Shown: in pieces, positions 25,018 through 40,049 of the stretch
Layout of the letters: each line of letters opens with the position of its first letter
Position numbering within the stretch: position 1 is the stretch's first letter
NCBI RefSeq assembly: GCF_009914755.1
Contig: NC_060939.1
Strand: one strand, 5' to 3'
DNA length: 64,000 nucleotides
Origin: the human T2T-CHM13v2.0 reference genome, Homo sapiens
Made by a program: the position numbers and the translations under genes
The notes under the pieces: model-generated
Databases searched by the model: none
Told to the model about the DNA's origin: nothing
Seen by the model: only the letters and a program-made list of their open reading frames with translations

Positions 25018-27584
25018 ATATATTTTATTTCTGTAAGTTCTATTTCATCCATTTTCCTTTCAGGTCTTCCTCATCATTCCTGGTGGTCTTACTGCTCCTG
25101 CTCGCTCAATTTTATGAGTCCATCTTTTTCTTATATAATACATTTATTTCACATGTAACTATTTTCTCACAATTCTAATATTTGAAGTCTGTATTCTGTA
25201 TCTGATAATTCCAAAACCTACAGTCTTTGGGAAACATTCATTGTTTCTGATAATTCTCAAATATATTGGGTTCACTACTTGAATGCTATGATTTCACTGA
25301 ATTCATAGTTGCCTGCTTTTAATCTTTGGGAATCCTACAGGCTTAAGTTAGAGATGGTTTCCTAGAAAAAGTATCTGTGCGTGCTTCTGATGAGAGCTGT
25401 GGGGACAACTAACAAGAGACCCCTTTACCACCGTCCGTAATCCTGATATTCTCTTGGATTCTCCTGGAGAATGTCAGGATTACACAAGGTTCTCAAATTT
25501 GGCTCCCCAACCTTGCTCATTTATATACAGAAGACTAGACTGCTTAGTATAGGTGATGACTCACTTCCTCCTACCCTGGAAAAAACAAAACAGATCTCTC
25601 ATCTGAATGTGATCACAGACTAGGAAATTCTGAAGGTGAATAACTGGAGGCTGTAGGCAGCAGGGAAAGACAGGTGTCTTTCCTGACCATAGAAATAGGT
25701 CACAAGCTGCCCTAAAGGCTGTGTGCTCCACCAGGATTTCACTATTTAGCTCAACCAGCAGTCCCTCTGTAAGAGTGAACGGAAGCTTCTTAGAGCACCA
25801 CGCTGCCTTTAAACCACAAATTCTTGCTAAAAGTCATGGTCATGGTAAAAAACCTATGGCTTTGCAAGGCTTTCTTGGTAATGTCCTAGAATTAAGGTTA
25901 AGCCTGCGTTTCATGGTAACTGAACAGGAAACCAGCCTGACCAACATCCTTCTCCCCAATGGCTTGCTCTCAGCTCCTCTTGCTTGGGCCTTGGGCAGCC
26001 AGACGGTCTGGTTTTAATCCTTGCTCTGCCACCTGTGACCTTGGACAAGTTACCTACCTTCAGTTACCTCATCCACAAGATGCAGATATTAGTAATACCC
26101 TCTTTTTAAGTTATTAAGAGGATTGAAAGAGTTAATAAAAAGTAAAAAAAAGACTTGGTAGGCATAGGCACAGAGGCGGGAAAAAAGCAATAATAAAGAA
26201 ATGATACTTCTATATTTTCTATAGATCATCTTTGTAACAAGAAGAAAACAAACCAAATGAAAATGAAACAAATTCTCTCAAAAAGAATTAAGTCAAGACA
26301 GGCAGAAGGCTCACAAAGTAATATAAAATGTATCTTATGGTTTATGGAAAATTCTTAATAAAATACCTTCTTTGCTCCAAGCTGCACTCTGGCTTTGCCT
26401 TTGAGTCACGTGGCATTTCTTTGTACGATGACCGGTTCTGTCGAGTAGGCACTGCTTCAGCCCTACAGGAAGGAAAAAACATCTCTAGAAAACAGCAGCA
26501 TTCCTGATTCCCACTTGAGGAGGCCTAACAAAACGGCATATGCCTCAACAGCAGCACATCAGTGTTAAAAAGTCTGGAGTCAAGGGGAAAAAGTAAAATT
26601 GGACCATTTCCAGAATCTCACCAAAAACAACAAACGGATGTTGCAAGTGGCCTACATGAGCAAATTAGAACCTTAAATAAAGGTCACTCTTAATGCCTAT
26701 CCCAGCATAGATGCAGCACCAAGTACAGTGTCATTTTACTGGGTTACCTTTTTCATTCTTGAAAGTAGGAGCTATGAAAAAAAAAAACACTAAAATTTCT
26801 TGAAGAGAACCTTCTACTTACAACCTAACTTACGTAATCGAAACACTCTATTGAGGGTGAAAATTGAGTATTATAAGAAAATAATCACCTGTTTTGTGAG
26901 AAGTTCAATACGTAATGCTCCTCCACACAATACATACCTTAGAAAGAAAAAAGGAAACATACAAAACTATCTCGAGAATTATTCCTGCTTAAACAATTTC
27001 TACATGCCATTACTAAGAAAGTATGCACACAGTAAACATTAGAAGAGAACATGCAAGCATGAACATACTTGTTAGGGATACAGGACTATGGGTAACTTAA
27101 AAACTCTGTTGGTATTACTCTCATGTAATTGCTCTGAAATTCTAGTCAACTATTTGCAATGGCTCTTAGAACAGAATACTTTGAATTTTTATGATATCAA
27201 AAACTAAGAACTTAGCCAAGTATTCCCAAGAATAGGAATAGTAAGCATACTTAGTAAGTATTCCAAAGAATAGGGGCAGAAGAACGCATTTCTTTAAAGC
27301 ACTACCTCAGAATTCAATTTAGTAATTCCGATGCTGCCTGTAACATCAGAAAACAACTTCCTTAAAAACATAGCAAGTTGGATTTACCAAGTTGCTGACC
27401 AGGTCGCATTCCCTCCTGCCCTCAATCCCATCTTTGTGTTATACTTTATCTCCAGTACCATTTTGCTTAGTATTCATGGTGCTCAAGTTGTCACTGTGGA
27501 CATCAGAGCCTATAAATATATATTGTTGTGGCTCCTTCCTGTACATCTTTCCAAGTCATACCTGCTATTCTCCAAAGTCTGTGA

Positions 27585-28259
<675 letters not shown>

Positions 28260-30269
28260 AAAGGTTCTATTTCTTAAGTTTGGTGTTGGGCATATGGATG
28301 TATGATTTAATGTTTTAAAAAAGGAAGATACCTTCCTAGTTTTTTTGTGTTTTGTTTTTTTTGTTTTAGGCCTGCGTGCTTTATTCGTTACCCCGTATGA
28401 ATCCATAAAGAAGTAGCCATTAGCAAATTCAGGCAATACATACCGGATTCATACTTCAGGAAGACAACCCAGTTGACAACGACAACAGTTTCTATGATAA
28501 CAAAAGTGAGAGAAAATACTGACATTAGGGTCATATCAAGAAAGTTCAATCATAAGATATATCCACAAGCAAAAATATACACACAAAAAGCTAAGTACGA
28601 AGCTTTTAGAAAACTACTACCATCCTTAGAGTAAGTACAAGAAAGTATTCTTTTATGTCTGTTTTTTTCATCAAAATACCGCATATAGCCATAGATTTTA
28701 AACCATTACATCTTATCTAGATTCCATTAACATTTCTTCTAGATCACTAACATTTCTTCTAGATTCCATCGTTATTCCTTTGTAACCTTTATTTTCAGTA
28801 TCTTAAAAATACTTTATTAAATATAACACATACATTCAGAAAGTTACATAAAATATACCTGAAGGTATACCTTAACAAGTTATTGTAAATTATTTGCCCA
28901 TGTAACCACCAACCTGGTCCTGAAATATATTCCAGCCAGTATCCAAGAAGCCCACAGATGTCCCTTTCAGGTCACACATCCCTACCTCCCACCTGGATGG
29001 ACTCCTTCCCCTAACCTCTATGTGATCACCTCTTTGTTCTTAATAGTTTTACTGCCCAAGTATGAATCCAGAAATAAGTGTTTCTCTGTTTTCTTTTCAC
29101 TTTTGTCCCCCTAAGAAGCCTTTTTAGAAGTTTTCTTCCTAATTCTATCCCCACTCCCCATGGAATTTTAACACCACAGATATACTGTATGTCGGTTTAT
29201 GTTATACGGCCCTTTGGAGGGCAGCAGACCATTATAATAGGTAAGATTTTCTTTCACTCTAAGGACCAATTTTCACTCCACTGCAGGCGATATTGCCTCC
29301 ACTAAGAATGTATGCCCTAACCAACATTAGTTTTCCCTATTGTTGAACTCTATATAGAGGAAATTGTACAAAATAGGTTTTGGGGCTCTGGTCTCTTTCG
29401 CTTAACATAGTGTTCAAGGTTCGTCCATCTTTCCCACATAGCTGTAAGCCATTTTATGAATACCACAATTCTTCATTTTCTTGGAATGAACACCTGGGTT
29501 ACTTTCTGTTTGGGGTTATGATAAATGATGCTACTCTGAACATTCCGGTGTCTCCTGGTGCCTATGTACTCATTTCTTGTGGAGTATATATCCACAAGAT
29601 TCCTGAACCATAGTGTATGAGTATCTTCCACTTTACCAAATTGTTTTCCAAAACACTTGTACAAATATACACTCCCATTAGAAAAACAGAGTCCCGTAAC
29701 AATTTTATTACCTTAAAAGATAAGTTAAGCAAAGTATCTCCTATGCCTTCTTTTTCTTTTAAGATCTGAAGATCACTGTGCAAAGGACTAGCAGGGTCAA
29801 CCCGAAGAATCACAAAACAAAAAACAGTTCAAACAAAAAGATATTTTTTTTTCAACTAACTCAAAAATGAACCAATCTGAAAGCTAAAATAGAGCACCTA
29901 GGCTAAGTTCAAGAAAGAGAAGATCTTAAGCTGCTCTATATCCTCAGGAAAAACAGAGGTCACTATAGCTTCCAGCTCCTTTAGAATGAATGTCCAAAAG
30001 AGATCATAATAGCCTAAATCTAATCTAATAAGGGGGTTCAGAGTTTGCAGTCATTCTAAAGGAAAACAGTCACATGTATATAATTTTCTCAAGAATTCAA
30101 AAGAAGTTTAATATGCTTTCCTAAACTTGTATTATTAGTCAAGCAGTTCAAGGAGAACAATTTGCCATGGACGGAACTATGAAAAGTTAAATCACTAAAA
30201 AATCGGTATTTTTCCACAACTGTCCTATATATAGATTTCTAATATGACTCCCATCCCCCACTCCCTTTT

Positions 30270-30440
30270 CGTTTGTTTGTTTGTTTGTTTTAAGAGACAA
30301 GGTGTCTCGCTCTCTCACCCAGGGTGGAATATAATGGTGCAATCACAGCTCATGTGCAGCCTTAACGTCTCCAAGCTCAAAAGATCTTCCTGCCTCAGCC
30401 TCCCACCATCCATAGTAGCTTGTACTACAGGTGTACTACA
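30270..30440 (-). mobile_element. Partial AluJ with (GTTT)n tail
   Basis: gagacaaggtgtctcgctct...cctgcctcagcctccc. Confidence 0.75.
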
Positions 30441-32217
30441 CCGACGTATTTTAAAAGTAATAACATAACTACATCTACAATAAGAGTTAATTATATTGCT
30501 TTCAAAACTGGGGGAAAAGTCATAAAAATCAACTTGGCAATCATTCTCTGTATAATGAAATATATTACTCTTGTTTACTTTCCAACCAATATTATTCAAG
30601 CTTGAGCTTTTTCCTAGAAGATAAAAATCAAGCAAGAGTTCACTCTATCAAGAAAATGACAAAAAAATTTCGATGGACCTATAAAAACATTTCCAACACT
30701 CAACATTTCAAGAAGTAAAAAAAAAAAAAAAAAAGTCCAATTAAATGAAGCATTATGAAGTTTCAAGAGAATATAAAACTAGACACAAGTCTGGTTCGTT
30801 TCCTATTTCTTATCATCTGAAAAACTCTAGCCAACATGTTCAGACCACCATGGACTCCATGATAGCACAGAATTTAGTATGAGTCTATTCCAAACCCCAG
30901 CAATTTTTGAAAATGCTAGAAGACACTCAAGGTGACACATTACTGACTAAGAGAGACTTCCATTCATAAGACTACAAGCAAGAATATTACACAGATGGTC
31001 TAGTTCACACATTGACACACTGAGAAACACGTGTACCTACATGCAACTGGTTTCAGTTTTTCAGTGTGGGGACTTCTCTAAAGATGAAAACACATCGATA
31101 TCTTATCCTAAGACTAAGTAGAAATGGAACTACTTTTTAGTCATGTGAAACTAAAGGTTTTAAAGACTGCACTATACTTTGAAAAAGAAAAAAAATCAAG
31201 TTTACGAAGATCTCACTTCCTAGATATGTAACCATGACCTCATTTCCTATCTATAAAATATGAGAAGTTTCTCCTATCTCTAAACTATGAAGAGCACCTA
31301 TTTCACACAGCGGCTATGAAGACTAAATGAGAGCATATATAAAGTATAAAGTACTTAACATAGTATCGGTCATGCAAAAGTGTTCAATAATTTATACTTG
31401 TTTTGAAGATAACTCAAACTGGAATCGATCACAAGACACGGAAAGTACAGTAACATTATTTCAAATGCTACAAACTCAGTTTTTTAAATAAGATATGAGA
31501 AATCGACTAAATTTCTTTCCTCTGGGAAAAATTACTAATTAAATTAATATATAACTAAGACTGAAGGAGGGAGAGTAATCTCTCTGGTTTCAACACTTGG
31601 CATCTACTTGCCTAACAATTCATTCCCTGTTTTGGAGAACCTGTGCCCAAGACAAAGTAACTGGTCCTCGGCTTTCATGGAGTTGGTAAATAGCTCTAAT
31701 ACAAGGCAGGAAGTAGTAAGTGTTCAGACAATCATCTGACGTTTCCCTACTCTGTCTGAGCATTTCATGTATACACACACATCATTCTCATTGATTTTTC
31801 ACAGCAGTCATCCAAAAGGTATGTACTATCTATCCATACTTTAGAGTTGAGCAAAGTGAAACCAAAAAAGGTGTGTTTGTCACCACACTCAGTGTTCCTT
31901 TCACATCCTGCCACTTCACATAAAAGAGATGTTAAGTCAAAAGAGAAGAATTAGTTTTGATTTGGTCAGAGCAGGATGGACCAAAGTCACCTTCACGAAG
32001 GAGAAATAATTTGAGTTGTGTTTTGTAGGAGAGAATGAATGTGAATATACAGATGCCACAGAAGGAAAGTAAGCAGAGAAAACAGCATAAACAGGCTGGA
32101 AAGGGGCATATACAGGGATCAGCAGGTGGTTCCAGGATGTGAACAGCAGATGAACAGGGTAAAAAGTGGCTGTTCATAGATGAGAAAGATAACCTTGGGC
32201 AAGAGAACATATGACCG

Positions 32218-32506
32218 TGGCTAGGGACGGTGGCTCATGCCTGTAATCCCAGCACTTTGGCAGGCTGAGGTAGGAGGATCGCATGAACTCAGGTGTTCAA
32301 GACCAGCATGATCAACATAGTGAGACCCCATCTCTACTAAAAATCTAAAAAATTAGCCTGGTGTGGTGGCTCATGCCCATAGTCCAAGACACTTGGGAGG
32401 GTGAGGCAGGAGGATCACTGGAGCCCGGGAGATCAAGGCTTCAGTGAACTATGATTGTGCCACCGCACTCCAGCCCAGGCGACAGAGCAAGACCCTGTCT
32501 CAAAAC
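32218..32506 (+). mobile_element. AluJ
   Basis: ggctagggacggtggctcatgcctgtaatccc...gaccctgtctcaaaa. Confidence 0.9.
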
Positions 32507-33064
32507 CAATAAACATGTGACTGAATCTACCACTAAGGCAGGAATGGAGGAGAGCAGCTGAGATTGGCATGTTCATGAATTGCCTGGGATTAACTATAAT
32601 TACTTAAACAAAAATCCAGGCTCTAGCTATTTATACACACTTACGCAGTTAAATGCTCTTGTCTTTCAGTCTTCCTAATTTCTCTAATATTGCCAAATTT
32701 TCTTTTTCAATTCCTTCATCCTCCAACTTTTTCCCACTAATGGGCTCTGCTTTCATCTCGTAGTGATCTAAGTCTTCTATATCCTGCAAAAAGAAGAAAA
32801 ATGTTAGCTTATTCAACCTATTTTTCTTCAGCAGTTTCTTATGCCAAAAGTTAAATTATTCTTGACTCAATGGGGGACAAGAAACAGAATATATCTATCC
32901 TACGGGGAGAGAGGAAAAGCCCCCACATTCCATTCAAGAGGCTCCCACCTTCTATATCCTACATTTTATTTAAAAGCTACACTCTGGGTAAAGCAGATTT
33001 CAAAGCTTTACAAAGTCATAACTATTAGGAAATAAGCCATCATTTATTTATTTACTTCTTTAAT

Positions 33065-33271
33065 TTTTATTTCCTTTTTTAAAACAGAGTCTCACTCTGT
33101 CACCCAGGTGGGCGTATACAGGGGTGATCTCTGCTCACTACAAACTCTGCCTCCCAGGTTCAAGTGATTCTCGTGCCTCAGTCTCCTGAGTAGCTGGGAT
33201 TTCAGACACCCATCACCACGCCCAGCTAATTTGTGTATATTTTTAGTAGAGACAGGGTTGCACCATGTTAG
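33065..33271 (-). mobile_element. Truncated Alu, probable duplicon junction
   Basis: Alu right arm and the start of the left arm stop abruptly at caccatgttag. Confidence 0.8.
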
Positions 33272-33930
33272 TACCAGCCTATCTGGGGCTTTATAAAGTT
33301 AAGAAAAGAGCCTGTATGCATGCTGAAGGCTGTGTGACCACAGGGCTTTTAAAGGATGCTTCTGTGTTCCCACAGTTAGGTGGGAGCTCTTGGAAGGATC
33401 TCTTTTATCCCAGTGCTCTTGCTAAGAATGGAAAGCCCCTCTGCATAACTGCAGCAGCTGGTGCCATCCTCTGTTCACTTGCATCAGAGCCTGGGAGGTT
33501 GTGGTCTGCAAAGCTCACCTCTCATAATGGGACGCCAATCAATAGTATCCGAAGTTGATATACCCAGAAAGAGAGTTCAAAAATTATTTAGAGAGGTGGA
33601 AAATAATCACCAGTAGAATTAAAATCAGAAACGACAAAGTTGGCCAGCGGAGTGGGGAAGTCCAGATTGGGGAATGTGATGTTTCATTATAAGGTCTTTC
33701 AGCATTTGCTTACTTTGGTCTGAGTGAAAGAATTGTCTCATTTTTTTGAGGGCCATGTACAGCAAAGGACTCACCATCTGTCAGACACACTGGTCAGTTC
33801 TGGCAAGGCAGAGTTGGAGGTTCCTGTCCTCAGGTGGGTGGGCAGGGACGGCAGCTTGCCGTAAGGTATCCAACAGCACCAGCGGCAGGAAATGAAAAGT
33901 GCTCAGTGATTGGTGGGATAGTGGTGTCTA

Positions 33931-34347
<417 letters not shown>

Positions 34348-35865
34348 TCAGCAACTTTCAAGGTCTTGTGTCACAAGAATGAAGATCCGAGTATTTCCCA
34401 CCTGTGGAGGGGGCTGGTGAAGGAGTTTTCAGTCCCGGGCACCCTGGGCTGTGCTGAAAGCCTCTGCGTCACACTGCGTGAGTTAGTTGGGAAAGAGAGC
34501 TCCCACTGTTCTCTTTTAACCCTTGTCCTTTTGTACCACAGCAATTGCTTTCCTGGAGATCAGAACCGTGGCTGGGTTTAACATCATCTTTGGAAATCCT
34601 AAAAGGCAATGAAGCAATTTTTCTCTTTTCATTTATATATTTTTTTGATACAGCTGTGTCAGTTTGAAATTTTACTTTCGTATCAGTTCTAATAGTGTGT
34701 CTGCTTGACATAGTTTCTATTAAATGGGCTTGATATGAAGTTACTTAAAAATTCAAGTATTTAGAGTTTCAGGGCCCATCGTCTTGATTTTTGGGGCAAT
34801 ACCTCAATTTCATACTGTGTTATTCTTTTCCAGAGAGATGGGTCACTGAATAACTTACATTTTATGATTGTTTTATGAGAAACTATTTCTGGTTACAAAT
34901 GGTAAACATCTAGGTTTTGCAGTAAGAAATAATGGATTATGTTAGAAAAAAAGAACCATAAGAAGATGTGTTTTTAATTTTGACTTCCTGTAAGTACCTT
35001 CTGGAGCAGAAGGTTTTCTCTTTGTGGATTCTGCATCTTGGATTTGGGGACTCTGTTGCACTGAGCTGTGCTCTGTGGGGAGGAGCCTGTGGCAGAACAG
35101 TTTGGGTTCTGCTGGCCGCCTTTCCCTCTATTCACGGAGTCTGGGTCCCAGAGAAAGATGACAGCAGTTAGGTCTTGTTGGGAAAAAAACGCGGCTACCA
35201 ACCCTGGACCATTTTGCTTCCCCTGAACAAATAAGATAGTCATTTGCCTACTTTTGGGGACGGTGCCTGTGCTTTGCACAGGACGAGGTGGCAGCTGGCT
35301 TGCCTGCTGGCCTGCTTCCTGGAGATAGGATGCTCAGACCCACCGCTGCTCTTCAGGGGTCGTGGAAGGAATTAATGCACTTCCTTCTGTCCCCCAATCT
35401 CTGTCCCTTTACGTGTCTCTGGAGCTGAGCAGGTATTCTTTTTCTTTCTTCATCTCAGTAGAGCTGTTAAATTAAATAGATGTTGCTTAAGCCATTCAGA
35501 AAGGTTTCACATTTTAAAAAACAAAAGGTAGCTGCTGCCATGATTCCTTTGCCCACCGCTACACCGTGTCGTTGTAGGACAGTCCCCACTTGGCTGTGCT
35601 GAGCCTGTCTGGAAGTGTTTCTGATTCTAATCAGAAGTGGAACAGTTTCAGTGCAGACTATAGGTTCATGTTAGTGATGAACTTGGGTGGAGATGGGGAC
35701 ACAGCTTGTTCTTTCCTCCTGGACTCTCATCCAGGGTCCTGAGCTGCCAGGGGCCTGGCCACTCTCACCCTGAGCCCTGCCCTGGCTGAGCTGATCACCG
35801 CTGCATGTCCCAGGCTGCCGGTCTGCCTGTCACCTGCAGTGCACATGTGTGCATGTGTGTGCATA

Positions 35866-36280
35866 CGTACATGCACCACACACATACCATGCCCACCTCA
35901 TACACACCACACACATACCCCATACACACCACACACCAACCACACACATTACACACACTGCATACATATCACACACCACAAACACTACACCACGCACACA
36001 AAACATACATACACGCTCAAGCCTTCCACACTACATTACACTCCACACACACCACACATCACACTCCACACACACCACACGCACATATCACATTCACATC
36101 ACACCACACCACATACCACACACCATACACAGTACACTCCACACACCACACCCTCCAGGACGTCCCACCACCATACACACACAAACACCACACACCCACA
36201 CCATACTACACATTTACCACATACACACCACACACACTGTATCTCATGAACACACCACACACCCCCGCCACACACATTTG
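35866..36280. repeat. Degenerate (CA)n/(CACAC)n low-complexity tract
   Basis: About 400 nt composed almost entirely of C and A. Confidence 0.95.
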
Positions 36281-36763
36281 CATGCAAACTACTCATTGAA
36301 TGAAACCGAATGATTTAGTTTTCCCCAAATTAATACTGCCTGCGCACCCCTGGCTGTCCTGGCCGGCACATCCCCCGGTCCTGCCCTCCCTTGGGTCAGC
36401 ACCGCCTCCTGTGTCTCAGGTGTCTCTGGCTGTGCCCTGTGGCGTGCTCATGTCCTGATCTTGTGGGAGGCTGGCTCCTCTGCTCCAGTGGCTGCCTTCC
36501 TAGAGGAGACCAGCTTGTTTGTCACCTCTCCTGATGCCCAGAGCAGCAGCCCACGGGGGAAGTCCTGCTTCCTCCCTTCGCTGTCTGCCCTTCCCCACAG
36601 GTTGTTTTGTCTCAGTGCTGATATCTCCCCAGCTAGAAGAGGAGACCCTCAAAGGTGCACAGGTGGATTTGATTATAATGCAGGTGAATATTAAATGCGT
36701 TTTGGTGAAACACTCAACCACTACATACATCTTTAATAAAGTAAAATGTCCAGGCCCCCTCTG

Positions 36764-36817
36764 CTCCCACCTCTCTCTCCCCTCCCACCTCTCTCCCCCC
36801 TCCCACCTCTCTCCCCC
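36764..36817. repeat. 18-bp tandem repeat x3
   Basis: Unit ctcccacctctctc(t/c)ccc at 36764, 36782 and 36800. Confidence 0.85.
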
Positions 36818-37286
36818 CTCCCCTCCCCAGAGGACGTGGCTGACAAGCCTTTGAGGGGTTTCCCCTTTCTGTGTGCCTTTGCGTGTATGTATGGGCTGGG
36901 CGGTGTGTGTATTCTCTAGACATCTTGACGGACCTGTAACTGGGATCTACACACGTGCGCTTGCTGTAGCTCACTTGCCATTTTCCCTCAAAAATAGGCC
37001 TGTAAAATCCCTCACTGTAGTGCGTGTTGCCCTGCCTCTTTAAAAATGCCACCAACTCTTCCAGCACGTGAACTCTGCCGTCATTTTTTTAAACATTCTC
37101 TTATTTATGGGTACTTAGGTTGTTTCCAGTTTTTTAAAAGATTGCAGCAATGAAAATCTTCAGCAATCATTTTTCACAGTGCTGTGGGAGAACGTGGTTG
37201 GAGGTGCTGTGGCGGTGGAGTGGCCCCACACGTGGCCAGGCTTTGTGGGGTTCTGACTCTGTCCTTGCCAATGTTCCTCCACACAG

Positions 37287-38319
37287 TGGCTGCCTCTGGG
37301 GAATGATGGCTGTGTGAGCGCCCGCCATGCCCCACCAGAAGAGTCTACCATGGCCCACCGGAAGCGTCTACCATGGCCCACCAGAAGCGTCAGAGCGCGG
37401 GGAGCAGCATGTTGGACCACAGGGCAAGGCCGGGTCCTGTCCCCCACCACCAGGAGCCCGAGAGCGAGGACGTGGAGCTGCCCTTGGAGGACTATGTGCC
37501 CGAGGGCCTGGAGCTGGTCACCCTGCGGCCAGAGAGCCCCACGCCCAAGGAGCAGGAGCGCCACAACCACAGCCCCGATGGGGACTCCAGTTCCGACTAC
37601 GTGAACAACACCTCTGAGGAGGACGACTATGATGAGGGCCTCCCTGAGGAGGAGGAGGGCATCCCCTACTACATCCGCTACTGCCCTGAGGACGAAAGCT
37701 ACCTGGAGAGCATGGACTGCAATGGGGAGGTGTACCTGGCCCACGGCGCGCATCCTATGGACACTGACGGGTGCCAGGATGCAGTGGACTCGACGGCCTG
37801 GGAGGGCCTGCACCCCCATGGTCACGGGGCTAAAGGTAGCCAGGACTACCCTGACGGCCAACTGCCCATCACGGAGGATGTGTCCTCCGTCCTGGAGGCC
37901 CACGACCAGGAAGAAGACGGTCACTACTGTCCCAGCAAAGAGGGCTACCAGGACTACTACCCTGTGGAGGCTAACGGGAACACCAGCGCTTCTGCCTACC
38001 CCCTGAGGTGCGGGGACGGGGACCTGGAGGACCAGGAGGAGGACATCAACCAGATCGTGGCAGAGATCAAGATAAGCCTGAGTATGACCAGCATCACCAG
38101 CACCAGTGAGGCCATCCCCGAGCATGGACCTGAGCCAGGGCCTGCGGACTCTGCAGAGGGCTGCCCACCCATCAAGGCCAGCTGCAGCTCCAGCAGGCAA
38201 GAGGCGAGGCCCAAGTCGCTGAACCTCCTTCCCGAGGCCAAGCACCCCGGAGACCCCCAGGGAGGCTTCAAGTCCAAGACCAGACCCCAGAAGACAGGCT
38301 GAAGTGGCCTCATGAGCAG
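37287..38319 (+). pseudogene. Partial duplicate of APBA2 (Mint2/X11-beta): large first coding exon with flanking intron; open 309-codon frame at 37373-38302
   Basis: [27 protein letters not shown]...[20 protein letters not shown]...YYIRYCPED...[19 protein letters not shown]...[18 protein letters not shown] is colinear with the APBA2 N-terminus; acceptor ccacacag| at 37286 and donor CAG|gtagg at 38319/38320. No PTB or PDZ exons were seen downstream in the window. Confidence 0.92.
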
Positions 38320-39146
38320 GTAGGACTCTAGCTGTCCCGGGGAAAGGAGCAGAGGGGCCCTAGAGCAAGGGACCTCAGGGTACAGGCCTCGCAGATGCTG
38401 AAGCGAGGTGGTGGGCAGTACTGGGTGCCTTACAGTTCTAATGGTGGCTGAGCTCTTCATTGGTCCAGTTGGGAGACATGTTGCGTGGATGCTCTGGCCA
38501 CTCTTAAGCTCACCGCTCAGACTCAGGACTAAAGCCGGTTGAGGGCTGAGTGGCAACTCGTGTCTCGCAGAAGACACCCCTCCTCCCACCCTAGAAGAGA
38601 GGTTCAATTTCTTGCCCACTGCCCTAGGTCTGCTCATGGTGGGGCAGTATGTGTGGGAGAGCCCCTCAATCCTCAGGGGTGTACTCAGACCAGCAGGGCA
38701 GTGGCAAAGACGTGGGGGTGCTGGTGCTCACCCACTGCTGCGGCCAGTGTTGGGTGGCCTGGTGGCTGGGGTGGGGGCCAGAGTGCATTTCACAATGGAC
38801 AGGTGTCTGAAAGCTGGGGGGCCTTGGCCTGACAGGCAATCAGCTGTGAATACCTATTTGGAAAAGGATTTTTTGACGGTGTGACAAAACCTCGGGGAAG
38901 AAACGCATGCTAATGAGGGCAGTGGATGTCAGCATAACTGTATTTTAATTATAGCAAAGTCAGCGTGCATTCTAATAAACACATTTGAAAAGCCGCCTTC
39001 CAAAAAAAAGCCTCACTGTGAGTATATATTATAGAAGATGTGATTATTGGACTCGGGTGAAGGAACTTCTATTTGGCCAATTATGTGGACTGCTTTCATA
39101 TTTTTTAAAGCTTTAACTACTATTTTTTTCTGAGAAGAATTCATGA

Positions 39147-39147
<1 letters not shown>

Positions 39148-39181
<34 letters not shown>

Positions 39182-39186
39182 TGTGT
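39148..39186. repeat. (GT)n microsatellite
   Basis: Long, nearly perfect TG run. Confidence 0.95.
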
Positions 39187-39656
39187 ACTGAGAGCTTGGG
39201 TTTGGAATGGAAATCATATTGACTCCTGGATTTTCAGCACTTGTATCTTAATGTCTTGTCTTCTCTCTAGAACACATTGTGTCAGTTGACTTCACTTTGG
39301 GGCTGTTCCTGTCATTCACAGCAATTCTGTGTTTACAGGGGGCTGTGGGATGCATAGGAAGTCCTATGGTGATGGCAGGCATGGGAATTTTACCCCAAGG
39401 GACTATGGTAATAGGGGGCTGACCAAGAATAACTCCTAATCCTATGTCACATAATACCATGAGCAGCTCAGGAAAACTACGCACAACTCAGACATGTGCA
39501 GAAAGGAGATGTGGAATGAAATGGAGCCCCCTGGCCTTATAGAGGCCTCCAAGACCTGCCACACCCACGTCTGCCCCCAACTCCCCAGTCAACCTTCAGA
39601 GAAGAGAAGTTGATCTCTCTCCAGCTGAGACCAAGCCAAGGCCCAAACTGTTGTAG

Positions 39657-40049
<393 letters not shown>

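Noticed and set aside
35805-36313. His/Thr-rich ORFs in three frames
   Set aside because: Translation artefacts of the degenerate CA tract.
37287-38319. Calling this the functional APBA2 gene
   Set aside because: Diverged, frameshifted at the exon end, no downstream PTB/PDZ exons within 25 kb, and embedded in the GOLGA8 duplication block.
37160-38637. 361-aa and 213-aa minus-strand ORFs
   Set aside because: Antisense shadows of the GC-rich APBA2 exon; no recognisable domain.
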